Positions 23,664 through 32,639 of a stretch of DNA of 64,000 nucleotides are shown one piece after another (position 1 is the stretch's first letter; every line of letters starts with the position of its first letter). Under the pieces are notes generated by a model. It was not told the DNA's origin. It was given only the letters and a program-made list of their open reading frames with translations, and made no database searches. The translations under genes were made by a program, and so were the position numbers. This stretch comes from an uncultured beta proteobacterium. GTDB lineage: Bacteria > Pseudomonadota > Gammaproteobacteria > Burkholderiales > JAEUMW01. Location: NCBI GenBank assembly GCA_963719715.1, contig CAVRDD010000049.1, positions 147,779-211,778 of the forward strand, read 5' to 3'.

Positions 23664-25562
23664 ATGCCCATGAAGCTGCATACCCGCATCGGCAAGTACG
23701 AGATTCAGGGTGTCCTGGGCGAGGGCGGCATGGGCGTCGTCTACAAGGCGCTCGACCCCTTCATCCGCCGGCTGGTGGCGATCAAGACGATCGAGAAGGC
23801 GCGCCTGGACGCAGGCGCGCAGCGCATGGGCATGGTGCGCTTCCGCAACGAGGCGCAAGCTGCCGGCCGCCTGCAGCACCCCGGCATCGTCGCCGTATAT
23901 GACTACGGCGAGGATGAGGAACTCGCGTACATCGTGATGGAATACGTGCGCGGCAAATCGCTGCACGAGCATCTCGCCAACGAAACGCGCTACGAGCTGG
24001 CCGAGGCCTGGCAGATTCTGAGTCAGTTGCTGGACGCGATCGGCTACTCTCACGCGCAGGCAGTCGTGCACCGGGACCTGAAGCCCGCCAACATCCTGAT
24101 CAACGAAGATGGCCGCATCAAGGTCAGCGATTTCGGTATCGCCCGCGTCGATGCCAATCAGTTCACCGAAGTCGGCGAGGTGCTCGGCACACCCTATTAC
24201 ATGGCCCCCGAGCAGGTCCTTGGCGGCCCCATCGATCTGCGCGCCGATCTCTACGCCGTGGGGATCATCTGCTACCAGCTGCTCACCGGCCGACGCCCGT
24301 TTGCCGGCACGCCGATGGAAGTCATGCAGCAGGTCATCGATTTCATGCCGGTGGATCCCTCGCGCATCAACCCGGCGCTGCCGCGCGATCTCGATCACGT
24401 CATGCGCACCGCGCTCGCCAAGCTGCCAGAGGACCGCTTCCAGGGCGCCCGCGAGCTCGCTGACCGCCTCCGGCATACGCTCGACGCGGCCCTCCCGCCC
24501 CTGGCTGCGAACACTGCGTCGGAAACCGAGAATCTGCCCACGCAACCTTACCTGCCGAGAATTGCCCCGCAGGCGGGCGGCCTTGACGGATCGCCGCCAA
24601 CGGCTCCGGCCGCTGAGCCAATCTCAGCCGCTGGGCTAGTGACCGGCGCGCCGCAACGACCACGCATCCTGTTCGTGGACGACGACGAGCGCATCCTGAA
24701 CGCACTGCGTTCCCTGGTGCGCAAGGAATACGACGTAACCACGGCAACGGACGCTGAGCTGGCGCTCGAAGCGCTGCAGGGCGATGCCTTCGACGTCGTC
24801 GTCAGCGACCAGCGCATGCCGGGGATGACAGGCGTAGAACTGCTGCGCCGCGCGCGACAGGCCGCCCCCGACACCGTGCGCCTGCTGCTGACAGGCTACT
24901 CCGACCTGGCCTCGATGGTGGGCTCCGTCAACGATGGCGAAATCTATCGCTTCGTCAGCAAGCCGTGGGACAACCAGGAGTTGACCGCCATTCTCAGGGA
25001 AGCGGTCACTCTGGCGTGCGCGTTGCGCGACATGCGCAGCGATCCCGCGCCGCTTCTGGCAATCGACGGAACGCTGCTGGTGGTCGAGCCCGAGCCGAAT
25101 CTGATACGTGCCGTGCGCGAGCTCTTCGGTCGACGCTACAAAGTGCTGTACGCGCCGAGCGCCGACGACGCGCTCGACCTGATGGTGAATGAGGAAATCG
25201 CGGTCCTGCTCGCGGACATCGACAGCCAGCAGGTGCCGGTGACGACCATGCTCAAACTGCTGAAGCAGGAGCAGCCACAGGTGCTGGCGATCGCGGCGAC
25301 GGCGGCATCGGACTCCGAGCTGCTGGTCGAGCTAATCAACCAGGCGCAGATTCACCGGCTGCTGCACAAGCCGCCCGACTCCCGGGTGCTCAAGGAGCAC
25401 ATCGAATCCGCCATGGCGCGCCATCGCACGCTGCGCCAGAAGCCGGCGGTCGCGCAGCGACAGAAAACCCAGCCGCCGCCCGAGGCCGACTGCGCATCGA
25501 GCGTCGGGCAAAGCATTCTCGGCAAACTCAAGCTGCTGCGTCGGCGCGTCGCGGGAGCTTGA
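23664..25562 (+). CDS. Hanks-type Ser/Thr protein kinase fused to a canonical receiver domain and a second degenerate receiver-like domain
   Basis: The kinase domain has GEGGMGVVYKA, AIK, HRDLKPANIL, DFG and GTPYYMAPE (aa ~11-268). A Pro/Ala linker follows. REC1 (aa ~334-450) has FVDDD, VVSDQRMPGM, LLTGY and SKPW. The REC2-like domain (aa ~470-588) has VVEPEP, LLADID and HKPP. It starts 3 nt after the HK stop. Confidence 0.85.
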   Translation: MPMKLHTRIGKYEIQGVLGEGGMGVVYKALDPFIRRLVAIKTIEKARLDAGAQRMGMVRFRNEAQAAGRLQHPGIVAVYDYGEDEELAYIVMEYVRGKSLHEHLANETRYELAEAWQILSQLLDAIGYSHAQAVVHRDLKPANILINEDGRIKVSDFGIARVDANQFTEVGEVLGTPYYMAPEQVLGGPIDLRADLYAVGIICYQLLTGRRPFAGTPMEVMQQVIDFMPVDPSRINPALPRDLDHVMRTALAKLPEDRFQGARELADRLRHTLDAALPPLAANTASETENLPTQPYLPRIAPQAGGLDGSPPTAPAAEPISAAGLVTGAPQRPRILFVDDDERILNALRSLVRKEYDVTTATDAELALEALQGDAFDVVVSDQRMPGMTGVELLRRARQAAPDTVRLLLTGYSDLASMVGSVNDGEIYRFVSKPWDNQELTAILREAVTLACALRDMRSDPAPLLAIDGTLLVVEPEPNLIRAVRELFGRRYKVLYAPSADDALDLMVNEEIAVLLADIDSQQVPVTTMLKLLKQEQPQVLAIAATAASDSELLVELINQAQIHRLLHKPPDSRVLKEHIESAMARHRTLRQKPAVAQRQKTQPPPEADCASSVGQSILGKLKLLRRRVAGA

Positions 25563-25626
25563 TCGCCGCGCGGCCTTGCCGGGTTGCGAGTTGCACCAGG
25601 CCGGCTGAATGCCCTATCGTGCGGGC

Positions 25627-26163
25627 ATGAACACCCCCGATCTCAGGACGCTGATACGCACGGTTCCGGACTTTCCGAAGCCGGGAATTCTCTTCCGTGA
25701 CATCACCACCCTGCTGCGCGATGCGGCGGGGCTTCGCGCGTGCATCGATCTAATGGCCAAAACCGTTGCGCCTTGTTCGTTCGAACGCATCGTCGGCATC
25801 GAGTCGCGCGGCTTCATCGTCGGCGCCGCGCTGGCGCAACATCTCGGTCGCGGCTTCGTGCCGATCCGCAAGGCGGGCAAGCTGCCTGCCGAGAACTTCG
25901 GTCACGATTACGAGCTTGAGTACGGCACCGACCGCGTCGAGATTCACGCCGATGCATTCGATCCTGGTGAGAGAGTGCTGCTGGTGGACGATCTGCTCGC
26001 CACTGGTGGTACGGCGGTCGCCGCCTGCAGGCTCATCGCGATGACCGGCGCACGCGTCGCCGCGGCTACGTTCGTGATCGAGATCGACGGTCTCGGAGGG
26101 CGCTCGCGGCTCGAAGCCGTGCCAGTGCCGGTGCTGTCGATCATGACGTTCGCTGAAGATTAA
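25627..26163 (+). CDS. apt: adenine phosphoribosyltransferase
   Basis: IRTVPDFPKPGILFRDIT, GIESRGFI and VLLVDDLLATGGTA, the PRPP-binding motif. Confidence 0.9.
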   Translation: MNTPDLRTLIRTVPDFPKPGILFRDITTLLRDAAGLRACIDLMAKTVAPCSFERIVGIESRGFIVGAALAQHLGRGFVPIRKAGKLPAENFGHDYELEYGTDRVEIHADAFDPGERVLLVDDLLATGGTAVAACRLIAMTGARVAAATFVIEIDGLGGRSRLEAVPVPVLSIMTFAED

Positions 26164-26175
26164 GTTACGGGCGCC

Positions 26176-26203
26176 AACAAAAAACCGGCACGAGGCCGGT
26201 TTC
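26176..26203 (-). terminator. intrinsic terminator for the cytochrome c gene (AACCGGC-loop-GCCGGTT followed by TTTTTGTT on the minus strand); possibly bidirectional with apt
   Basis: The stem at 26183-26189/26195-26201 and the A-run at 26177-26184 were read directly, between convergent genes. Confidence 0.6.
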
Positions 26204-26234
26204 CTGGTGGTGCCGGGGCTTGAGGAACCTCCGC

Positions 26235-26549
26235 TTACATGGCGAGGATCCACTTCACGAGCTGCTGTGCCTGCGCTTCGGTAACGTTATTCGGCGGCAT
26301 GGGAATCTGACCCCAAGTGCCGCTGCCACCCTTGATGACCTTATGCGCGAGGGTCGCCTCGGCCGCCTTGTCACCCTTGTACTTTGCCGCGACTTCCTTG
26401 TAGCTCGGACCAACCAACTTCTTGTCGAGCGAGTGACAGGCGAGACAGCCGCTCTTTTGAGCGAGCTCCATGTTGGCATCGGCGGCCACCGCGGCACCGA
26501 CGACGAAGAGGCCGGCGGCGAGCAACGTTCCAGTCCATACTGGCTTCAT
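26235..26549 (-). CDS. class I c-type cytochrome (c551/c552-like)
   Basis: Signal peptide MKPVWTGTLLAAGLFVVGAAVAA, haem motif CLACH, then GPSYKEVAAKY...GGSGTWGQIPMPPN. GGAG lies upstream of the ATG at 26549. Confidence 0.8.
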   Translation of the reverse strand: MKPVWTGTLLAAGLFVVGAAVAADANMELAQKSGCLACHSLDKKLVGPSYKEVAAKYKGDKAAEATLAHKVIKGGSGTWGQIPMPPNNVTEAQAQQLVKWILAM

Positions 26550-26640
26550 ACGATTCTCCATTGTTGTCGAACAGCGGTCCGATTGTAGCTCAGTCATTGC
26601 CGGAGTTCGTGTGCGATTGCGGGGCCCGCTGCCCGGGTAG

Positions 26641-28689
26641 TCATGCAGGTGTGACGATGATCCGCTCGAGGTCGCTCAGGCACGAAACAGGCGGCCCGCA
26701 GCTAACGCCCTGGCATACCCAGGCGTTGACGCCGGCAGGCGGTATCGGCTTCGCCAGCGCCTCGGGCAGATCCGTGGCATGGCTGGGAATGGCAAAGACG
26801 AGCGTGGCTGGCCGGTAATGTCGCGCCAGAGCCTTCTGCCACGGTGCCATCTCTTCCTCGGTCCCGCGCAGCACGACCACCCGCGACGGCACAAGATACT
26901 CGTCAAGCGCCATGAGCAGCGTCGAGTACCCCGTCGGCTGACGCTCCATCGCAGTCTGGAAAAGTCGCAGCGCGCGCTCGGCCGCCGCCAGGTATCGAGG
27001 CTCGCCGATGACATGGCCGAGCCGTTGCAGCGCGCAGGCAGCGACCCCGTTGCCAGACGGTGTGGCGTTGTCGTGGCCGGGTTTCGGCCGCAGGATGAGC
27101 GCTTCGTGGTCGCGGCTGGTGAAGGCGAAGCCGCCGGTCTGCGTGTCCTCGAACTTCTCCAGCAGTGCGTGCGCCAACTCGCAGCCGAACGCGAGATCTT
27201 CGGATCGCCAGCGGGCTTGCAGCAGCTCCAACACCCCGGCGAGCAGAAACGCGTAGTCGTCGAGATAGGCGTTCAGATGCGCCCGTCCGTCCTTGTACGT
27301 CGCGAGCAGCCGGCCGCCGGACCACATCCGGTCACGCACGAAGTCGAGCGCCCCCTGCGCACACGCGAGCCATTCGTCGCGGCCGAATACGCGCGCGGCG
27401 TGGGCCATGCCCCCGATCATCAGGGCGTTCCAGCTGGTGAGGATTTTCTCGTCGCGCCCGGGCCGCACGCGCTGCGCCCGTGCCTGCAATAGCTTGCCGC
27501 GGGCTCTCGTGAGCAACTGCTCACATTCCGCAATTGCTCTCGTCTGCATGGCGGCGATCTCGGCGAGCGGATGCACCACACGCAGGTGCCAGTGCCCGCC
27601 CTCGAAGTTCGCCGATCGGTCGAGCCCGTAATGCGGGGCGAGGACGGCGTATTCCTCCGGCGTAAGGCAAGCCTTCACGTCGTTCGGAGTCCAGACGTAG
27701 AACCTGCCCTCCTCCCCTTCCGAATCCGCGTCGAGCGTCGAATAGTACGCCCCTGCCGGCGACTGCATTTCGCGCCTGATCCACTCGACCGTCTCGGCGG
27801 CCACGCGCTCGAACAGCGGGTTGGACGTCACCTGCCAGGCATCGGCGACGAGTGCGAGAAGCTGCGCATTGTCGTACAGCATCTTCTCGAAGTGCGGGAT
27901 GGTCCACTCGGCGTCCACGCTGTAGCGGCAGAAGCCGCCACCGAGCTGGTCGTAGATTCCGCCTTCCGCCATCTTCTCCAGCGTGTAGGTGGCAATCCGG
28001 GTGACCGTGGCATCACCGCGCTCAAAGCCGCGACGCAGACAAAACGACAACCCGGCAGGATGCGGAAATTTCGGGGCGTCGCCAAAGCCGCCGTTCATTG
28101 GATCGAACGCCTGCAGGTGGCCTTGAACCGCGGCCTCCAGGAGCGCCTGGTCCAAGGTCGAGTTTCCCGCGACAGGTGGCGGCGGGACGGTACGGGCGAG
28201 CGCTTCCAGGAGCGAGGTGTTCTGCGCCTCGATCGCGTCGCGCCGGGTGCGATAGGCCGCGGCCACTCGCGGCAGCAACTCGAGAAGCCCGGGCAGGTTG
28301 TGGCGCGGTTGCTTGGGGAAATAGGTGCCGCCGAAGAAGGGCTTCTGCTCGGGCGTCAGAAACATGGTCAGCGGCCACCCCCCACCGCGGCCGCTCAGCA
28401 TGGCGTGTGCAGTCTGGTAGATCTGGTCGAGGTCGGGGCGCTCCTCGCGGTCCACCTTGACATTGACGAAGTCGCGGTTCATTGCCGCCGCCACCTCGGC
28501 GTCTTCGAAGCACTCGTGCGCCATCACGTGGCACCAGTGGCACGCGGAATAACCCACCGAAAGCAGGATCGGCTTGTCTTCAGCGCGCGCCCGGTCGAGC
28601 GCCTCCGCCCCCCAGGGATACCAATCGACCGGGTTGTCGGCGTGCTGCTGCAAATAGGGAGAGGTTTCCCCGGCAAGGCGATTGGGCAT
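26641..28689 (-). CDS. thioredoxin-domain (DUF255) / six-hairpin glycosidase-like protein, YyaL family
   Basis: MPNRLAGETSPYLQQHADNPVDWYPWG...SVGYSACHWCHVMAHE, the typical YyaL/SSP411 N-terminus. About 680 aa, intact. Confidence 0.8.
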   Translation of the reverse strand: MPNRLAGETSPYLQQHADNPVDWYPWGAEALDRARAEDKPILLSVGYSACHWCHVMAHECFEDAEVAAAMNRDFVNVKVDREERPDLDQIYQTAHAMLSGRGGGWPLTMFLTPEQKPFFGGTYFPKQPRHNLPGLLELLPRVAAAYRTRRDAIEAQNTSLLEALARTVPPPPVAGNSTLDQALLEAAVQGHLQAFDPMNGGFGDAPKFPHPAGLSFCLRRGFERGDATVTRIATYTLEKMAEGGIYDQLGGGFCRYSVDAEWTIPHFEKMLYDNAQLLALVADAWQVTSNPLFERVAAETVEWIRREMQSPAGAYYSTLDADSEGEEGRFYVWTPNDVKACLTPEEYAVLAPHYGLDRSANFEGGHWHLRVVHPLAEIAAMQTRAIAECEQLLTRARGKLLQARAQRVRPGRDEKILTSWNALMIGGMAHAARVFGRDEWLACAQGALDFVRDRMWSGGRLLATYKDGRAHLNAYLDDYAFLLAGVLELLQARWRSEDLAFGCELAHALLEKFEDTQTGGFAFTSRDHEALILRPKPGHDNATPSGNGVAACALQRLGHVIGEPRYLAAAERALRLFQTAMERQPTGYSTLLMALDEYLVPSRVVVLRGTEEEMAPWQKALARHYRPATLVFAIPSHATDLPEALAKPIPPAGVNAWVCQGVSCGPPVSCLSDLERIIVTPA

Positions 28690-28823
28690 CGGCAGGTTCC
28701 AGGCGGGGCGCGGCAACCTGCGCCGACCTTATCATCCGGGCAGACACGCACGAGCCGCGATTGGTTGCGGCAGCGTGGCTATACTGCCGAACTGCGCAGC
28801 GCACCCAGCGGAGACCACACCCC

Positions 28824-30097
28824 ATGAAAATCGAGACCATCGCTATCCACGGCGGCTACACGCCAGAGCCCACCACCAAGGCCGTCGCTGTTCCCATCTA
28901 CCAGACCACTTCCTACGCGTTCGACGACACCCAGCACGGGGCCGACCTCTTCGACCTCAAGGTGAAGGGGAACATCTACACGCGCATCATGAACCCCACC
29001 ACCGACGTGCTGGAGCAGCGGCTCGCCGCCATGGAAGGCGGCATTGGCGGTCTCGCGCTCGCTTCCGGCATGGCGGCGACCACCTACGCGGTAATGACGA
29101 TCACCGAGGCCGGCGACAACATCGTCACCTCCAGCACTCTCTACGGCGGCACCTACAACCTGTTCGCGCACACGCTGCCGCAGTATGGCATCGAGGCACG
29201 CTTCGCTGATTACCGCGACCCCGCGAGCTTCAAGAAGCTGATCGATGACAGGACGAAGCTCGTGTTCTGCGAATCGATCGGAAACCCGCTCGGCAACGTC
29301 GTCGATTTCGGTGCGCTCGCGGACATCGCGCATGCCGGTGGCGTGCCGTTGATCGTCGATAACACGGTGCCGACGCCGTATCTGTGCCGCCCCTTCGAGC
29401 ACGGCGCCGACATCGTCGTCCACGCGCTGACCAAGTATCTCGGCGGCCACGGCAACTCCATCGGCGGCGCGATCGTCGATTCCGGGAAATTCCCGTGGGC
29501 GGACCACAAGAAAAAATACAAGCGCCTCAACGAACCGGACGTGTCCTACCACGGCGTGGTCTATACGGACGCGCTCGGCCCGGCGGCGTACATCGCCCGC
29601 GCGCGAGTGGTGCCGCTGCAGGAACATGGGCGCGCCGATCTCGCCCTTCAACAGCTTCCTGATCCTGCAGGGAATAGAAACGCTCGCGGTGCGCATGGAC
29701 CGCATCTGCGAGAACACGCTGGCGGTCGCGCAATACCTCAAGAGCCAATCGAAGGTGGTCTGGGTGCGCTACGCCGGCCTGCCCGACCATGCCGACCGGC
29801 CGCTCGTGGACAAATACATGGGCGGTAGGGCATCCGGCATTCTGTCGTTCGGCGTCCGTGGCGGCCGCCGAAGCCGGCGCGCGCTTCATCGACGCGCTGC
29901 AACTGGTGACGCGTCTCGTCAACATCGGCGATGCCAAGTCGCTCGCCTGCCATCCGGCGACGACGACACACCGGCAGCTCGGTCCCGACGAACTGGCAAA
30001 GGCGGGTGTGTCGGAAGACATGGTCCGCCTTTCGATCGGCATCGAGCACATCGACGACATCGTCGCCGACCTCGAGCAGGCGCTCGCCGCGGCGTGA
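28824..30097 (+). pseudogene. metY: O-acetylhomoserine aminocarboxypropyltransferase (sulfhydrylase) MetY, two frameshifts (near 29620 and 29860)
   Basis: MKIETIAIHGGY...YTRIMNPTTDVLE...VHALTKYLGGHGNSIGG is in ORF 28482. [19 protein letters not shown] is in ORF 29626. [19 protein letters not shown]...[12 protein letters not shown] is in ORF 29789. The three ORFs use three different frames. Confidence 0.85.
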
Positions 30098-30124
30098 CAT
30101 TTCAGTCGGTGACGGCGCCCTGGC

Positions 30125-30418
30125 TCAGGACGCCAAGATTGACCTATTCATGGGAAACCAGACGGATGAAACGATCGAGACGCCGGCAACGAGGAATAGC
30201 AGCGTCAGCACGAAGGGTGTAGCGGGGTTCGGATGGTGTTCAAGCACCGCGGTCTCGACCCGAAAAAGCGCCGAGATCAGAAAGATGCCTGAAGCCGTAT
30301 TCCATTCGCGCTCGCATTCCGGGATCAGTCGATTCTCCGGATCAAATGTGCATTGCTGCAGGTGAGCAGAAATTCGACGATCTCCTGTCGCGCAAAGTGC
30401 GACGAAGAGAAAGGCGGT
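30125..30418 (-). other. 97-codon stop-to-stop reading frame without a canonical start, hydrophobic C-terminus; probable 3' remnant of a membrane-protein gene
   Basis: My manual translation gives ...EREWNTASGIFLISALFRVETAVLEHHPNPATPFVLTLLFLVAGVSIVSSVWFPMNRSILAS*. It begins immediately after, and in the same frame as, the RayT stop (30419-30421). I recognised no family. Confidence 0.2.
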
Positions 30419-31126
30419 TCACGCCCGATCGGGTTCCTTCCTCGGCCTGCCTACACCCTTTGACGCGGCACGCCGCTGTCCCAGCGCTTCGACCTGTTCC
30501 CTGAACCGCTCTCCACCCAGCGCCCAGCCCTTGTGCGTGCAATCGCGGATCTGCGCGAGGTCGGCACCTGAGACGGCTGCCCGGAACAGTTGCCGGTAAG
30601 CGCTTTGCCTGTCCGCCGGGTTTCGCCCCAAGCGCAGATACTCGCGGTGCGGCGTGATCCAGTCCGCGTTCGATCCCGACTCGCCCAACGCGTTGTAGCG
30701 GTAGCTCGACCAGACGTAATCCCTTGGGTGCGCGACCAAGCCCGCGCGCGCCGGGTTGAGCTCGATGTATCGCATCAGCGTCAACAGATACCGCTCGCTA
30801 TCCACCACCGTCGCCCGGTAGCGGCCTTCCCAGAGGGTGCCGCTGCGCCCGTAAGTGACGTTAAAGTACTGCACGTAACGCCGGCCCACGGATTGGAATA
30901 CCTTGCTGATGCTGTCGTCGAGCTCAGGCGTCGCGAGCAGATGGACGTGGTTGGTCATCCAGACATAGGCGTGGACCGCCAAACGGTGCTTGATTGCCGC
31001 GACGACCATAGCATCGCGGAAGAACTGGTAGTCCGCATCCGCGGCAAAGATCACCTGCCGATTGTTGCCCCGCTGGATGATGTGTTGCGGCTGGCCGGGG
31101 AGAGCGTAGCGCGGAAGGCGAGCCAT
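30419..31126 (-). CDS. REP-associated tyrosine transposase-like protein (RayT / IS200-like Y1 HUH family, COG1943 type)
   Basis: Intact, 235 aa. The HUH motif is NHVHLL. GRYRATVVD, MRYIELNPARAG and the Tyr-containing SSYRYNALGE are typical of single-copy RayT-type genes. Confidence 0.8.
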   Translation of the reverse strand: MARLPRYALPGQPQHIIQRGNNRQVIFAADADYQFFRDAMVVAAIKHRLAVHAYVWMTNHVHLLATPELDDSISKVFQSVGRRYVQYFNVTYGRSGTLWEGRYRATVVDSERYLLTLMRYIELNPARAGLVAHPRDYVWSSYRYNALGESGSNADWITPHREYLRLGRNPADRQSAYRQLFRAAVSGADLAQIRDCTHKGWALGGERFREQVEALGQRRAASKGVGRPRKEPDRA

Positions 31127-31182
31127 GGCGGGCGATCGATCCGAAGGGAGGTAGAGAATAGCACCAATAATCGTGTCTGACC

Positions 31183-31372
31183 TTTCCCTTCAAGATCATC
31201 AAAACGCGTGGCCATTTCCCGTCCGATGACGCCGCCGGCAAACTGATCTGGCTGGCACTGCGCAACACTCACCGCCGATTGGGGCCGTGCAGCGAACGAC
31301 TGGAAGACGGCCATGTAACCGATTCGACCCATCCTCTACCAGATGACCGCTATCACGCGGCCGCAGGCGTAA
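31183..31372 (+). mobile_element. 3'-terminal fragment of an IS256-family (Mutator-type) transposase gene, itself frameshifted
   Basis: FKIIKTRGHFPSDDAAGKLIWLALRN is followed in another frame by ITADWGRAANDWKTAM. This is the conserved C-terminal block of IS256-family transposases. Everything upstream of it is missing. Confidence 0.6.
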
Positions 31373-32476
31373 GATGCTTCACCAACGACTTCCCACCGCA
31401 GCGCTCGCTCGTGTGCGTGGCATGCGCCACGCGCGCGCCGCCGTGGAAAAGTCGTCGCGCCAGCCTCACACACAGAAGATCCGGACATCCCCCGGGGTTA
31501 GGTTCCCATCTCGGCTCACCACAGATCGCAGATCGCATAGCTGGTGGTTCGCGTTCTATCGAGTGCATAGATCTCTTCACCTGATTCTATGAAGATGCGA
31601 TGGAACCCCTTAGGCGACCAATATCTGGCCGGGCAACGGACAAGAGGCCGACAGCAACATTGCGTGCTGAGCGCCGGGAGTGACAGATTCTCGTGGATCA
31701 AGCAACCAATCTTCACCCATACCGAGCAAAACGAGGTTTGTTCAAGTTTCTCTGACGTCTTCTCGATACAGCTGTCATCGCGTCGGCGAACTCTTGCTCA
31801 GGTTGGAGTCCCGCCCACCCGGGGCCAGTCAGTCTCTTCTGACTCGTGATCGTCTTTAGCTCTGACGTGGACTTGCGTGCATCCCGCCACTTATACGGGG
31901 AGACGTCAATGACGGTATCTGGTGACGTTGACGGAACCATGCCTGCGCGCGCGCAATGATCTGTGCCTTCACTGCTTCAGCGTGATCTCTACCCGAAACA
32001 GTTCTGCTCCGAGCCGAAGCACGTAGTCCGGGCGTCTCGGATGTTGGTGTGCCTTCACCGGAAACGTAGCTTCCGCTCCAATGCCAAGGTGAAAAGCAAT
32101 CTACAGATCGACCACCGCTCAACTTGGTCCTGGGTTCGCGGCTTCCCTCTCGCCTGGACGGAGATGTCAATGTCCGTCTGCTTGCTAGGCGGTGAGCGTC
32201 TACCAACGGCAGCGAGCGAATTCATGGGAACGTGTTTGGTCGAGACACACTTCAATCTAACCGGAACCAGGTCTCGAGTTAACACCAATGCATACCCGGA
32301 TGCACGCGATTGATGTTGCGTGCAATCGCCCGCGCTTGCATGCACCCGCAGGGTGACAACTTCCGGCGAAAGCGCAAGCGGCGCGAACGACTAGGACATC
32401 GAGTCAATCGAAGAAGATTGCTCCGCCCGCCGGATTCGCATACGCCTTTGCCGCTTCCCCTTCCGGCCCTACTTCC

Positions 32477-32628
32477 ATGCGCCAATACCACGACCTGATG
32501 CAGCACGTGCTCGACAGCGGCGTGCGCAGTGGGACCGCGCCGTGCACCGTGGACGCTCTGTCTTCGGCCATCAGATGCGCTTCGACCTCGCAGCGGGATT
32601 CCCGCCGGTGACGACGAAGAAGCTGCAC
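32477..32628 (+). pseudogene. thyA: thymidylate synthase ThyA, 5' fragment only (~51 codons, one frameshift), truncated
   Basis: [17 protein letters not shown] is followed after a frame change by DR..(diverged)..[25 protein letters not shown]. Compare E. coli [51 protein letters not shown]. Similarity ends abruptly at 32628. Confidence 0.65.
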
Positions 32629-32639
32629 GCACCCAATGG

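Noticed and set aside
31494-31827. tRNA 3'-end-like strings ending in CCA (GGGGTTAGGTTCCCATCTCGGCTCACCA at 31494-31521 and GGTTGGAGTCCCGCCCACCCGGGGCCA at 31801-31827). These could be att-site remnants of an integrated island.
   Set aside because: Neither can be folded into a proper T-arm plus 7-nt acceptor strand, because the stem positions do not pair. No integrase motif was found nearby. I treat them as chance resemblance pending a tRNA/att search.
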